Shown: positions 31,419-39,823 of the stretch, piece after piece
Layout of the letters: every line of letters begins with the position of its first letter
Position numbering within the stretch: position 1 is the first letter of the stretch
From: Patescibacteria group bacterium
GTDB taxonomy: Bacteria > Patescibacteriota > Microgenomatia > Levybacterales > UBA12049
Length of the DNA: 64,000 bases
Direction of reading: 5' to 3'
NCBI GenBank assembly: GCA_035946335.1
Contig: DASYZL010000006.1
Coordinates: 175,664 to 239,663, forward strand
Notes under the pieces: model-generated
Database searches by the model: none
What the model was told of the DNA's origin: nothing
Seen by the model: the letters and a program-made list of their open reading frames with translations, nothing else
Program-made: the position numbers and the translations under genes

Positions 31419-32066
31419 TTATATCGTAGGTTTTCTTATATTATGTTTTTTCATCCATAAGCATAAATTAGCTGGTGTTGTGCGATAACGATTTGAGATA
31501 AACGCTTGTGTCGCTCCGTTGATAAGCAACCCTTCGATTTCTAGTCTGAATTGGTCAAGTTTAGATTTTCCTACTTTGCCTCGTGGTCTTCCTAACACTG
31601 TTCCGTTTAATTTTTTTATTCTCAGTGCCTCAGTCGTCCGTTGTGAAATTAGAGAGCGTTCAATTTCAGAACAAAGGGCAAAAACTGTGCCGATGATTTT
31701 TGACTGCATTGTTCCATCGAGCTTCCAAGCACCCTTGACGCTGAATACGTTAATCTTCTTCCTTGAGCAGATAGAAAGAATTTCAACGATTTCAAGTAAA
31801 CTTCTGCCGAGCCGTGAAATTTCTGCGACAATCAAGTTGTCTCCTTCTTGTAAAACATCAATCAACTCAGATATTTTTCTTTTTTTCCAGCTTACTTTAC
31901 CGCTTATTTTTTCCTCAATAAAGGTCACGTTGCCAAGTTTTAATTCATTAGCAAGGGCTAGGATAGAGGATTTATCTTTCTCTAAATCCTGAGAAGCTTG
32001 ACTAACACGAAGGTAGGAAAGAGTCTGAGAAGTACGATTTTGCTGTTGATTAAGTGAAAACGTCAT
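31419..32066 (-). CDS. Small serine recombinase (resolvase/invertase) with C-terminal HTH
   Basis: YLRVS, EKISG, EISRLGRS, ERSLISQRT.EAL, GRPRG. Confidence 0.92.
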   Translation of the reverse strand: MTFSLNQQQNRTSQTLSYLRVSQASQDLEKDKSSILALANELKLGNVTFIEEKISGKVSWKKRKISELIDVLQEGDNLIVAEISRLGRSLLEIVEILSICSRKKINVFSVKGAWKLDGTMQSKIIGTVFALCSEIERSLISQRTTEALRIKKLNGTVLGRPRGKVGKSKLDQFRLEIEGLLINGATQAFISNRYRTTPANLCLWMKKHNIRKPTI

Positions 32067-32189
32067 AAAGTGATTTTTATTATAATGTCTTTTATAGCCA
32101 ATGCAAGCCTTTTTACTTAATGAAACAGAAAAGAAAAATGACCGTTTTTTCTATATGGAGAAGCCATGCTTATTTGTTATACTACACGC

Positions 32190-32729
32190 ATGGCTGACGC
32201 ACGTTCGTATTTGGATACAAGTTTTTTATCGGCACTTATCAGAAGAAACATCCACGACCCATTAGAATTACAAGCGATTATCCGTATTCACTCATTTTGG
32301 GAGCAGGGTTTCATACAGTGTTATGTGAGTGAAGCAGTTAAGAAAGAATTAGAAAAAATACCAGCAAAGTACAAAACACAAAATGACAAATTAGCTGTGT
32401 TATATATGCTTTTGGAAAAAGCGGAGATGTTTCCTACACATCAGATGTTTACCTCTATGTTTGGTGGCGCACCTTTTGGGACAGTTCCTTTTGGTGGAGC
32501 TACGATAGCAAATGACCCGATTTTTCAACAACTATCTGCAATCTTTGATAGAGAAGATGCGGAGCATATTTTTCTTTGTATTAAAAATGGCATCCCATAC
32601 TTTTTGACATACGATGTCCGCACAATATTGAACCGAGCAAGGCAAAACAAAGCCCTTTTGAAAGGATTTGGTATTGAGATTCTTTCCCCGAGAGAATTTG
32701 AAGATACTGTTCTTTCAGGACAAAAATAG
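32190..32729 (+). CDS. PIN-domain protein
   Basis: YLDTSFL, SEAVKKEL, EDAEHI, FLTYD acidic tetrad. Confidence 0.75.
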   Translation: MADARSYLDTSFLSALIRRNIHDPLELQAIIRIHSFWEQGFIQCYVSEAVKKELEKIPAKYKTQNDKLAVLYMLLEKAEMFPTHQMFTSMFGGAPFGTVPFGGATIANDPIFQQLSAIFDREDAEHIFLCIKNGIPYFLTYDVRTILNRARQNKALLKGFGIEILSPREFEDTVLSGQK

Positions 32730-32739
32730 ATTAGTATGT

Positions 32740-33501
32740 ATGAAAAATATACCTCAAGAAAATTATATTATCGGCAAATGTATTTATTGCGGAACTGTTA
32801 ATGACTCGCTCTCCCGTGAACATATTGTCCCATACGGGCTTAATGGAGAATGGATTTTGCAAAAAGCAAGTTGTACTAGATGCTCTGATATTACCTCAAA
32901 ATTTGAACTAAGCGTACTAAAAGGATTATTACCTCAAGCTCGTGCCGCTCTGAAGTATCAAACCAGACATGGACATCCAAAAACTTTCCCTGTCAAGATG
33001 AAGATAGCGGGTCAATGGCAAAAATTTGATATAACTCCTGATGAGTATGGAGCAATTATACTATTTCCGTTATTTAGACAGCCTGCTTATCTGGATAATC
33101 GTTCTCCGTTACAAGGAACTTTGGATATTCTGGGTACTGGGATGCACAGGCTAGGTGGTACTGATATGAGTATTCTACACAAAAAATATAATGCTGAAAG
33201 CATTGATTTCAGATTTGAATTTGACCCAGGTGCTTTTCTTAAGCTGTTGGCAAAGGTGGCATACGGGTATGCAGTACTATACTACGGCTTGGATGTATTC
33301 GATAAAATATACGCACTCCCTATAATAATGGGACAAACTGACGAAGTTGACCGTTGGATTGGAAGTGAAAAATCTTCAATAGGAAATGAGGAGGTTTCTA
33401 TTGTTTTGCATCAGACAGGGAAAGACCTTATCGCAAAAATACGACTTTTTGGGAAACGAGAAGTCCCAACCTATATTGTTGTAGTGGGTTCAATAAAGTA
33501 A
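32740..33501 (+). CDS. HNH endonuclease-domain protein
   Basis: CIYCG...SREHIVPYGL.G...SCTRC at N-terminus; LLAKVAY. Confidence 0.75.
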   Translation: MKNIPQENYIIGKCIYCGTVNDSLSREHIVPYGLNGEWILQKASCTRCSDITSKFELSVLKGLLPQARAALKYQTRHGHPKTFPVKMKIAGQWQKFDITPDEYGAIILFPLFRQPAYLDNRSPLQGTLDILGTGMHRLGGTDMSILHKKYNAESIDFRFEFDPGAFLKLLAKVAYGYAVLYYGLDVFDKIYALPIIMGQTDEVDRWIGSEKSSIGNEEVSIVLHQTGKDLIAKIRLFGKREVPTYIVVVGSIK

Positions 33502-33605
33502 GTATTTAGGCATTTTACTTTGGTGGAATGTGGTGTAGTTGAAGGCAGTTAGGGATAGTTCCTGAAGCTAAAAATAATGTCCATAGTTGTTCGGTTGCAC
33601 CAAAA

Positions 33606-33627
33606 TGGTGTAATTTGGATTACACCA
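33606..33627. terminator. Hairpin between convergent HNH and HTH genes
   Basis: TGGTGTAAT-TTGG-ATTACACCA perfect 9-bp inverted repeat; no clear U tract. Confidence 0.35.
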
Positions 33628-33642
33628 GAATAATATTGATTA

Positions 33643-33870
33643 TCACTCAAGCAACTCAGACATTTTTACTCCTAAATATCGTGCAATTTTATCAAGCGTA
33701 GCTATTGATGGGTTTCGGACGCCTTGTTCGATAAAGCCAAGGTAAACAGGTGTTATCCCGATTTTCTCCGCCATTATTACTTGGGAAACATCCTTATCTT
33801 GTCTTAGCTGCTGTATTTTCTTTCCAACACTTTTTGGGATACGAGAATAATATTTTTTCCCTTTTGTCAT
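33643..33870 (-). CDS. XRE-family HTH transcriptional regulator
   Basis: GKKIQQLR..SQ..MAEKIGI...Y...IEQG.RNPSI.TL.KIA. Confidence 0.9.
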   Translation of the reverse strand: MTKGKKYYSRIPKSVGKKIQQLRQDKDVSQVIMAEKIGITPVYLGFIEQGVRNPSIATLDKIARYLGVKMSELLE

Positions 33871-33903
33871 GCTCGTATTATCGAACTTAAGCGTGACGAT
33901 GTA

Positions 33904-33973
33904 TCCAAACTATTTGTTTGAGTTTGTGGTATAATTAGGCATAAGAATTACTCAAACTGTATGTTTGAGTAAT
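33904..33973 (+). promoter_or_regulatory. Two CAAAC-N5-GTTTG operators flanking an extended -10 promoter
   Basis: ATTACTCAAAC-N5-GTTTGAGTAAT perfect palindrome 33947-33973; second copy 33904-33922; TGGTATAAT 33927-33935. Confidence 0.7.
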
Positions 33974-33983
33974 GGAATAACTT

Positions 33984-34283
33984 ATGAATCACACATTCAC
34001 AACAAAAACGTGGGGAGGAAATAAGCCTGTTTCTGATGTGATACTCATTATTGTTTTTATTTTAAGCGTAATACTTATGATAAGTATTATTGGAGCGCCA
34101 ATAGGAGTAATTCTGCTCTTTTTTCCCTTATCGGAGTATATGGTAAATATGAGAACGATTTGTCCTTCTTGTAAGAAAAGGGTTTCTGTCTTTAGAAGCG
34201 CTAAAGCGTTTTCTTGTTATAACTGTCAAAGAGTAATGGTCAAGAAAAATAATCAGTGGGTGATAATGCCTGAAGACAAATGA
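33984..34283 (+). CDS. Small membrane protein with C-terminal zinc ribbon
   Basis: Hydrophobic hairpin then CPSC...CYNC. Confidence 0.7.
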   Translation: MNHTFTTKTWGGNKPVSDVILIIVFILSVILMISIIGAPIGVILLFFPLSEYMVNMRTICPSCKKRVSVFRSAKAFSCYNCQRVMVKKNNQWVIMPEDK

Positions 34284-34311
34284 GAGGGAATTACCAGTAT
34301 TTACGAATAGT

Positions 34312-35484
34312 CTAATTCAAGAAATTATTTCCTTTTCCTAAATTACATTTTTCGCAAAGCGTCTGCAAGTTTTCAAATATTGTTCTTCCGCCTTTTGAAA
34401 ATGGTACTTTATGGTCAATGTGTAGTCGGCATTGAGAATCTGTTGCTGGACTTGCTCCGCATTTCACACACTTGAAGTTATCTCTACTTAAAATTTTGTA
34501 CCGTAAACCGAGACCTACTTCTCTTTTTTCAACAATTAAAGTATTTGCTGTTTGTTTTATTATTTCTACAGTTTTTGTTGTTTTGGATTTAATGTCAGTG
34601 GGTTTTTCATGTTCTATAATTTCTTCAAATTCTTTTTCTTCTTGGTTCATTCTCACCACAAATGCCTCAAGTGCTTTACGCCAACTACCAAAATGTCCTT
34701 TATAAGTATTTGCTTTAATCTTTGATGGCTGAATGTCCATCTCTCCATACTTTGGTTGTCTTCCATAGCGTGTCCAAACAGTTAATAAATTCTCAAAATA
34801 TTCTTCGTCGGAATATGCCCGATTATATTTTTCAGAGATTTTTAATCCTGCTTTTTCCATAGCAGTAGCCCATGTACCAAATCGACGAGTTGCAACTCCC
34901 ACACTCATAACATTAGAGTAATGTCTTACATCTTCGTGGCTTACTGATTCCGTATTGAGCAACTTGGCAATTCTTTTTAGCTCATCAAGTACGTCTTGAT
35001 TTGTTAATGATTTTGCTTTTGGCTTACGCATGTTCTCTGTAATGATTGTTCCAGAATATTTATGACCAACACCTGCTTTTTCTAACGCTTGCTGCCATCC
35101 ACCAAAACGACTAATAAAAGTACCTGAGCTAATTTCACTATGTTGGTCAAAGTCCTTTCTTCTTATGACTTTCACATCAAGTGCTTCTGCAACTCTTTTT
35201 AATTCCTTGAGTACTTCTTGGTCTGTTAGCTGTTGCGCCTTTTGCAAGCGCATTTTATCTGTAATTTCTGTACCAATGTATTTATGTCCCAATCCAGCAG
35301 TAGTGAGTGCATTTTCCCAACTGCCAAATCTAAGTTTTACTCCGTCAGAACTCATTTTTGCGTGCTTGTTGTAATCAGTTTGAGTTAGCTTTTCCTTACC
35401 GACTAATACATCAACACGTTTTATTTCTGCAATAACATCTTCATCAGGGCAATTCCTCGGTAAATTGCTTAATTCAAATTTCAT
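34312..35484 (-). CDS. HNH endonuclease with four homing-endonuclease-associated repeats
   Basis: Repeats FGSWENAL/FGGWQQAL/FGTWATAM/FGSWRKAL; RDNFKCVKCG..LHIDHKVPFSKGG..NLQTLCEKCN. Confidence 0.88.
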   Translation of the reverse strand: MKFELSNLPRNCPDEDVIAEIKRVDVLVGKEKLTQTDYNKHAKMSSDGVKLRFGSWENALTTAGLGHKYIGTEITDKMRLQKAQQLTDQEVLKELKRVAEALDVKVIRRKDFDQHSEISSGTFISRFGGWQQALEKAGVGHKYSGTIITENMRKPKAKSLTNQDVLDELKRIAKLLNTESVSHEDVRHYSNVMSVGVATRRFGTWATAMEKAGLKISEKYNRAYSDEEYFENLLTVWTRYGRQPKYGEMDIQPSKIKANTYKGHFGSWRKALEAFVVRMNQEEKEFEEIIEHEKPTDIKSKTTKTVEIIKQTANTLIVEKREVGLGLRYKILSRDNFKCVKCGASPATDSQCRLHIDHKVPFSKGGRTIFENLQTLCEKCNLGKGNNFLN

Positions 35485-35561
35485 AGCTATTTTTCACTTC
35501 CTACTATTATATCATTAGCTTTTCAAGGCTAGAAAAGGATAAATAGTAATGTCGGAAGTGT

Positions 35562-36359
35562 TTATTTTCTAAGAAGGTTAATCGAGGGTTTTCCTAACAT
35601 TGGAGTTAATTCACTAAAAGAACTGTCTAATGTTGTTACTGTAAGATGCTTCGGACAATCAGTAGCAATAACAACGTCTCCGATAGCTTTATTTATTGGA
35701 TATTTATTTGCGTTTTTCACATCTTTTTCAATTTCTACTAATTTTGCATATATCTTATTTATCACTTTTGATTTATCAAAGACGTCTTTATTTGAGAGTA
35801 ATTTTTTTAATTCTTCTATGTGTGCCTTCCAAAAAACATCTAATGGTATTGATTTTCGGCTATTGTAAGCATCAACAAACGGCTCGTAATCATCTTTACT
35901 TCTTAATTTGAATCTGACTATCTCATCTCCTGCAAAATCTCCCACCATGCTTAGTAAATCAGTATCAAAGTTATTAACTAAATTAAAAATTACTGCCTCT
36001 ATTTGCCTTAAATATTTTGCGGTATCTTGGGTAGGGATGGATTTGTTCACACTTGCCATTATTGCCTGTAAAATATGAATATTCTTTAATTCTCTTTTCC
36101 CGTACTTTTTAGACCACCAAGCCAAAGCAAGAGAAGGACTATCAAGAAGTTTCACACGATAATAAAATTCTACCATGTTTCTTATAAAGCCTGTCTTAAA
36201 TTCATAGAGGACAAAATGAGAGGAATATAAGACGCTATTTTGCGGTAACAATCTCAGGATACTCCCATCCTTATCAGGCACAAATTTGCTTATTTGAATG
36301 GATGTTTCTAGGAGTAATCGTGTGCTTTTATCAGTTTTCTTCTTTTTGTTTTTTGCCAT
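35562..36359 (-). CDS. Divergent PIN-like protein
   Basis: LLLETSIQI, VLYEF, IGDVVIA, TTLDSSF match PIN motif spacing. Confidence 0.5.
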   Translation of the reverse strand: MAKNKKKKTDKSTRLLLETSIQISKFVPDKDGSILRLLPQNSVLYSSHFVLYEFKTGFIRNMVEFYYRVKLLDSPSLALAWWSKKYGKRELKNIHILQAIMASVNKSIPTQDTAKYLRQIEAVIFNLVNNFDTDLLSMVGDFAGDEIVRFKLRSKDDYEPFVDAYNSRKSIPLDVFWKAHIEELKKLLSNKDVFDKSKVINKIYAKLVEIEKDVKNANKYPINKAIGDVVIATDCPKHLTVTTLDSSFSELTPMLGKPSINLLRK

Positions 36360-36912
36360 GATTATTAGTGCCTTTCAACAAATACATTTTCTTCCTATAC
36401 AGTTGCTTTGAGAACATTGATAGACCATCCCAATTTACTTCACCCTCATTAAACCTCTTTAACTCTGTTTGGAAATATTTAATGTCTTTTTTATCCATTG
36501 TTTCCCAGTTATTATTCTCAAATAGTAATTCGAGCATGGATAATAAAATCCTTGTCTCTGATTTTTGGGTTAAATAATCAGCGTTTTCTTGTAGTAAGTC
36601 TTTGATATTACTGATATGTGCCAATGCGTCTTCTGTCTCCAAATTTTCCCAGGCAGAAAGTTCGTCATTTATCTTTTTTATTAAGGCATAGGTATTGTAG
36701 GAGATGTAATTACTAGAGTAATTTGTTCTGTAATATATGTTATTGTCTCCGTTTTCGCCAATCGAATGTATCGCAGGGTTTTGTGAAGAAATTTTTGTCA
36801 TTTCGTCAACATCCTTCTCAGGTGCTTTAGGCAAATATTGAGAATTGTCCTTAAAGTATTCCTCTAAGTTTACTGCTGTTTGTTGAAAAGTATATGAAGA
36901 TGCTATGCTCAT
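36331..36912 (-). CDS. Hypothetical protein (middle gene of overlapping three-gene operon)
   Basis: 193-aa ORF overlapping both neighbours. Confidence 0.7.
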   Translation of the reverse strand: MSIASSYTFQQTAVNLEEYFKDNSQYLPKAPEKDVDEMTKISSQNPAIHSIGENGDNNIYYRTNYSSNYISYNTYALIKKINDELSAWENLETEDALAHISNIKDLLQENADYLTQKSETRILLSMLELLFENNNWETMDKKDIKYFQTELKRFNEGEVNWDGLSMFSKQLYRKKMYLLKGTNNHGKKQKEEN

Positions 36913-37616
36913 AATGTTTGAATATAACCAAGATAATCTTTTGTTACTCGTAAATTTTCTTTAATTGCTTTGTCTAATTTTTCTAATGTGTTTTCGGCAG
37001 TGAGTCCACCCTCAATAAATATTGACACATCAATAAACAGATTACTGTCTTTAATATCTGTTTTATTATCTGGATAACTGCTATTAAAAGCCTTGATACC
37101 TTGGTCTTTCTTTACTGGCCCTATTTGCACATGATTAAGAAAACCATTTTTTGAGCCATCCAATACAAAAACAGAATCTCTTGGTGTATCTGCTGATATA
37201 TTTTTTACATCTTCATTTTGTGCGTAGAATTTTTTATATATTAATTCTACAAGTTCATTAAATTCAAAACTTGCTTCAAGAACTTGAGTGTGTCTCACTT
37301 CAAGTCTTCGGATTTGATTAACGCCAAGTTCTTTTGTGCTTTTGGTAAATATCTTGCTAATATAGTCATATAGTTCTTTAGTATCGTTCTTTCCTTCGTT
37401 CAAATAGGTAATAGTATCGAAAGTAATTTGTAAGATTTTCTTTTCGGAGGGAGAGTATAATGCAATATCTTCGTGTTTTTGTGCCGCCCATTCTTCAAAC
37501 TTATCTTCAACACCTGCGGCAAGAGAAGCGGTGCTATCAAATGTTTTAATTGTAGGACGGAATTTCACTTGTCCTACGATTCGATGTAGTTTTTCCGTTA
37601 AAAAGGTTTTAGCCAT
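36909..37616 (-). CDS. TIGR04255-like protein
   Basis: L..IVGQVKF.P, LQIT.D.I.Y, I.RL.VR......, LFIDV pattern recalled from TIGR04255 proteins. Confidence 0.55.
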   Translation of the reverse strand: MAKTFLTEKLHRIVGQVKFRPTIKTFDSTASLAAGVEDKFEEWAAQKHEDIALYSPSEKKILQITFDTITYLNEGKNDTKELYDYISKIFTKSTKELGVNQIRRLEVRHTQVLEASFEFNELVELIYKKFYAQNEDVKNISADTPRDSVFVLDGSKNGFLNHVQIGPVKKDQGIKAFNSSYPDNKTDIKDSNLFIDVSIFIEGGLTAENTLEKLDKAIKENLRVTKDYLGYIQTL

Positions 37617-38000
37617 ATCTATCTCAATCTAGGTCGCTATTATACCCCAATCAGCTTCAAAAGTAAAAAATACAATGATGCTCTACATATAATCTATCAT
37701 AATTTGTAAAAAACAAGATAGTAAGGTTTAATTATTTTTCTCCGACCTGCCGTACAGCTCCTAGCGCTTTATTTAGCGTTCGTTTCTGCTGAACTGATAT
37801 AAAGAGATAGTTCTTGATTTTTCTACTGTCCTGAGCTAAATGGCTGTTTTTATCTCAAAAGTATAACCGTTAGACTTTCTTCGCAAGAAGGTTATAGAAA
37901 ATCCTCATATAATTTCCAATGTAGCAATATTAACTTACCAGCCTCAAATTTACGGTTGATAGGTATGTCCACCTCTGCACCATAGTCCCTAACCTACACT

Positions 38001-38109
38001 CCTAGCCTCCTCTCTACGATACATATAAGAGATATTTTTTGGCAGATGCTTGGCTATCTTCCCTGTATGTATCGTAATATAGGCATGAAGCAGTGAATTA
38101 GAGGCTAGG
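38001..38109. repeat. Nested inverted repeats (candidate origin or structured RNA)
   Basis: CCTAGCCTC 38001-38009 / GAGGCTAGG 38101-38109 and TACGATACATA 38015-38025 / TATGTATCGTA 38066-38076. Confidence 0.7.
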
Positions 38110-38175
38110 GAGGTCATACATACCAGCCGTTCTTTTGTGCCTGAAATTTTATTTTAGTTACATTGTCAAAGAACA

Positions 38176-39543
38176 TTATTCATTATCCTGTGCTTCAAGG
38201 CAAGTCGGGATACCAAGTTCATCAATCGTTTGCTGTGCGGTTGAAATAATCATGTTCTTCCAGTACTGCTTTGACTCTTTTTGTGCAAACTGTACAGAGA
38301 AGCCGTCATGTTGCCATAGAACTATTTTGAAGGTACGCTTGCTTTTGTTCTGAATGGCGAGGTCAATCACGTCTGCCAGCAGTAGCATTTCCATAGACTG
38401 GGCGAGTTGGGCTAAAATGCTTCTGTGCGAGAAATCCTTGAGAGACAAGAATCTTCCGTAGCAATCAGTTGCACCGCCATTACCAGACATTTTGCTGAAT
38501 TGTTCAGTACGAGCCTTCCACATGAAATTGATAATCGGGTGGGAAATAAAGCGGTTAAAAGAATTATCACCAATCGGGGAGAGGATTTCTTTAATCTTTT
38601 TTTGTCCTGCTCCGTACATCATAGCATACAGACTTCTTTTGAATATTTCTTTTGTTTTGTCGTTTAGTTCAATCCCAAAAGTTGTAAATAAATCTTTCCA
38701 AATAGAATTGCCTTCTTTGAGATAGTGTTCTACCTCTGGAATAGTCCACAATTTAGAAGCGATTGCCAACTGGCATGATTTCAAATCAAATTCTGTCCAG
38801 CCTTTAGTTAGGGCGTGGCGTATATCCCTCTGCAAATAACAAATATTTTCGCTGAATGGATATATCCTTACTGATTTTTTTACAGGAGCGTAAAGAGGCT
38901 TGTATTCGTCTTGAATGGCTCTAAGCAAATCGAGTTGATTGTCGGCATCCTCTTGTTGGAGTGCGACTGCTTTTGCCTTTGGCATATTGACCATCATTTC
39001 TTGAAAAGTGCGGACTGGGAGGTTGTTCATATACGCAATAATCTCTTTTGCGCTCTGAACACCCGCATTACTCATTTGCTTCATCGCTTCCTTGTAATTC
39101 AAGTCTCGGAGCTGTTGCTGTTTATACTGAGTAAATGGTTCTCCATCTCTCAAATATACTCTGCCTGTATTTTCCCATAGGCCCTGTCGTTCATTGGCTA
39201 TTGCCTCAAGAACTTCTGCATCCCAACGGCATGTTTTAACGACCCTGCATCTGCCTTCGATATAAGAATAATCCGACCACTCGAAATGATGTACGTTACG
39301 GGAAAACTCAATAAGAAAATCAATCGAGCGATAGTTTTTGTTCTCAATCATGTAATATTTTCCTTCGCATTGTGCGATTAACTCCCAAGGAATTTTTACA
39401 TACCCTGTTTCCCACTCACGAAAACCGAATATAAGATGTCCGATAAAATTCCAGTACGCAGGGTTATTCCCCAGCGTAGGAAAATTTCGTTTGAGTATGT
39501 CCCGAAACATAGGCGAGACCGTCCTATTGGTTATTATCATCAT
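38176..39543 (-). CDS. Family-A polymerase-like protein, putative replication protein
   Basis: Motif A EFDLKSCQL, motif B FKRSLYAMMYG, LAQSME, motif C WQHDGF; no exonuclease motifs seen; start set at MMIIT. Confidence 0.7.
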   Translation of the reverse strand: MMIITNRTVSPMFRDILKRNFPTLGNNPAYWNFIGHLIFGFREWETGYVKIPWELIAQCEGKYYMIENKNYRSIDFLIEFSRNVHHFEWSDYSYIEGRCRVVKTCRWDAEVLEAIANERQGLWENTGRVYLRDGEPFTQYKQQQLRDLNYKEAMKQMSNAGVQSAKEIIAYMNNLPVRTFQEMMVNMPKAKAVALQQEDADNQLDLLRAIQDEYKPLYAPVKKSVRIYPFSENICYLQRDIRHALTKGWTEFDLKSCQLAIASKLWTIPEVEHYLKEGNSIWKDLFTTFGIELNDKTKEIFKRSLYAMMYGAGQKKIKEILSPIGDNSFNRFISHPIINFMWKARTEQFSKMSGNGGATDCYGRFLSLKDFSHRSILAQLAQSMEMLLLADVIDLAIQNKSKRTFKIVLWQHDGFSVQFAQKESKQYWKNMIISTAQQTIDELGIPTCLEAQDNE

Positions 39544-39676
39544 GGCACTTCTGGAAAAATGAAGGTGGCAGTGCCATGACACGCAGAACACTAACGCACG
39601 TATAAAAAACCTTTGGGTTTTTCGGTAGTCTCGATTTCTATGTGGATTTAGTAGTTTCTATTTTTATTTCGATTTG

Positions 39677-39823
39677 CTACACTGCCAACATGACTGCTGG
39701 ATGGTTAATTTGCAATTTTTTAATCTCAAGCCATCGTTGCCTGAGTTCGCCAATGTACCGTAAATCCTGAAATGCCTGAATGATTGAGGTAAAATCTATA
39801 GTTAGAGTGAGCCAAGGCTGGGG
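39677..39823 (-). other. Orphan 48-codon tail in frame with the recombinase across the att core
   Basis: PQPWLTLTIDFTSIIQAFQDLRYIGELRQRWLEIKKLQINHPAVMLAV*; in-frame TAA at 39845-39847 on the host side and no upstream ATG. Confidence 0.7.

Noticed and set aside
38001-39543. Retron or DGR interpretation of polymerase plus hairpin
   Set aside because: Motifs are family-A type (D..., K...YG, HD), there is no YxDD reverse-transcriptase motif and no template/variable repeat pair
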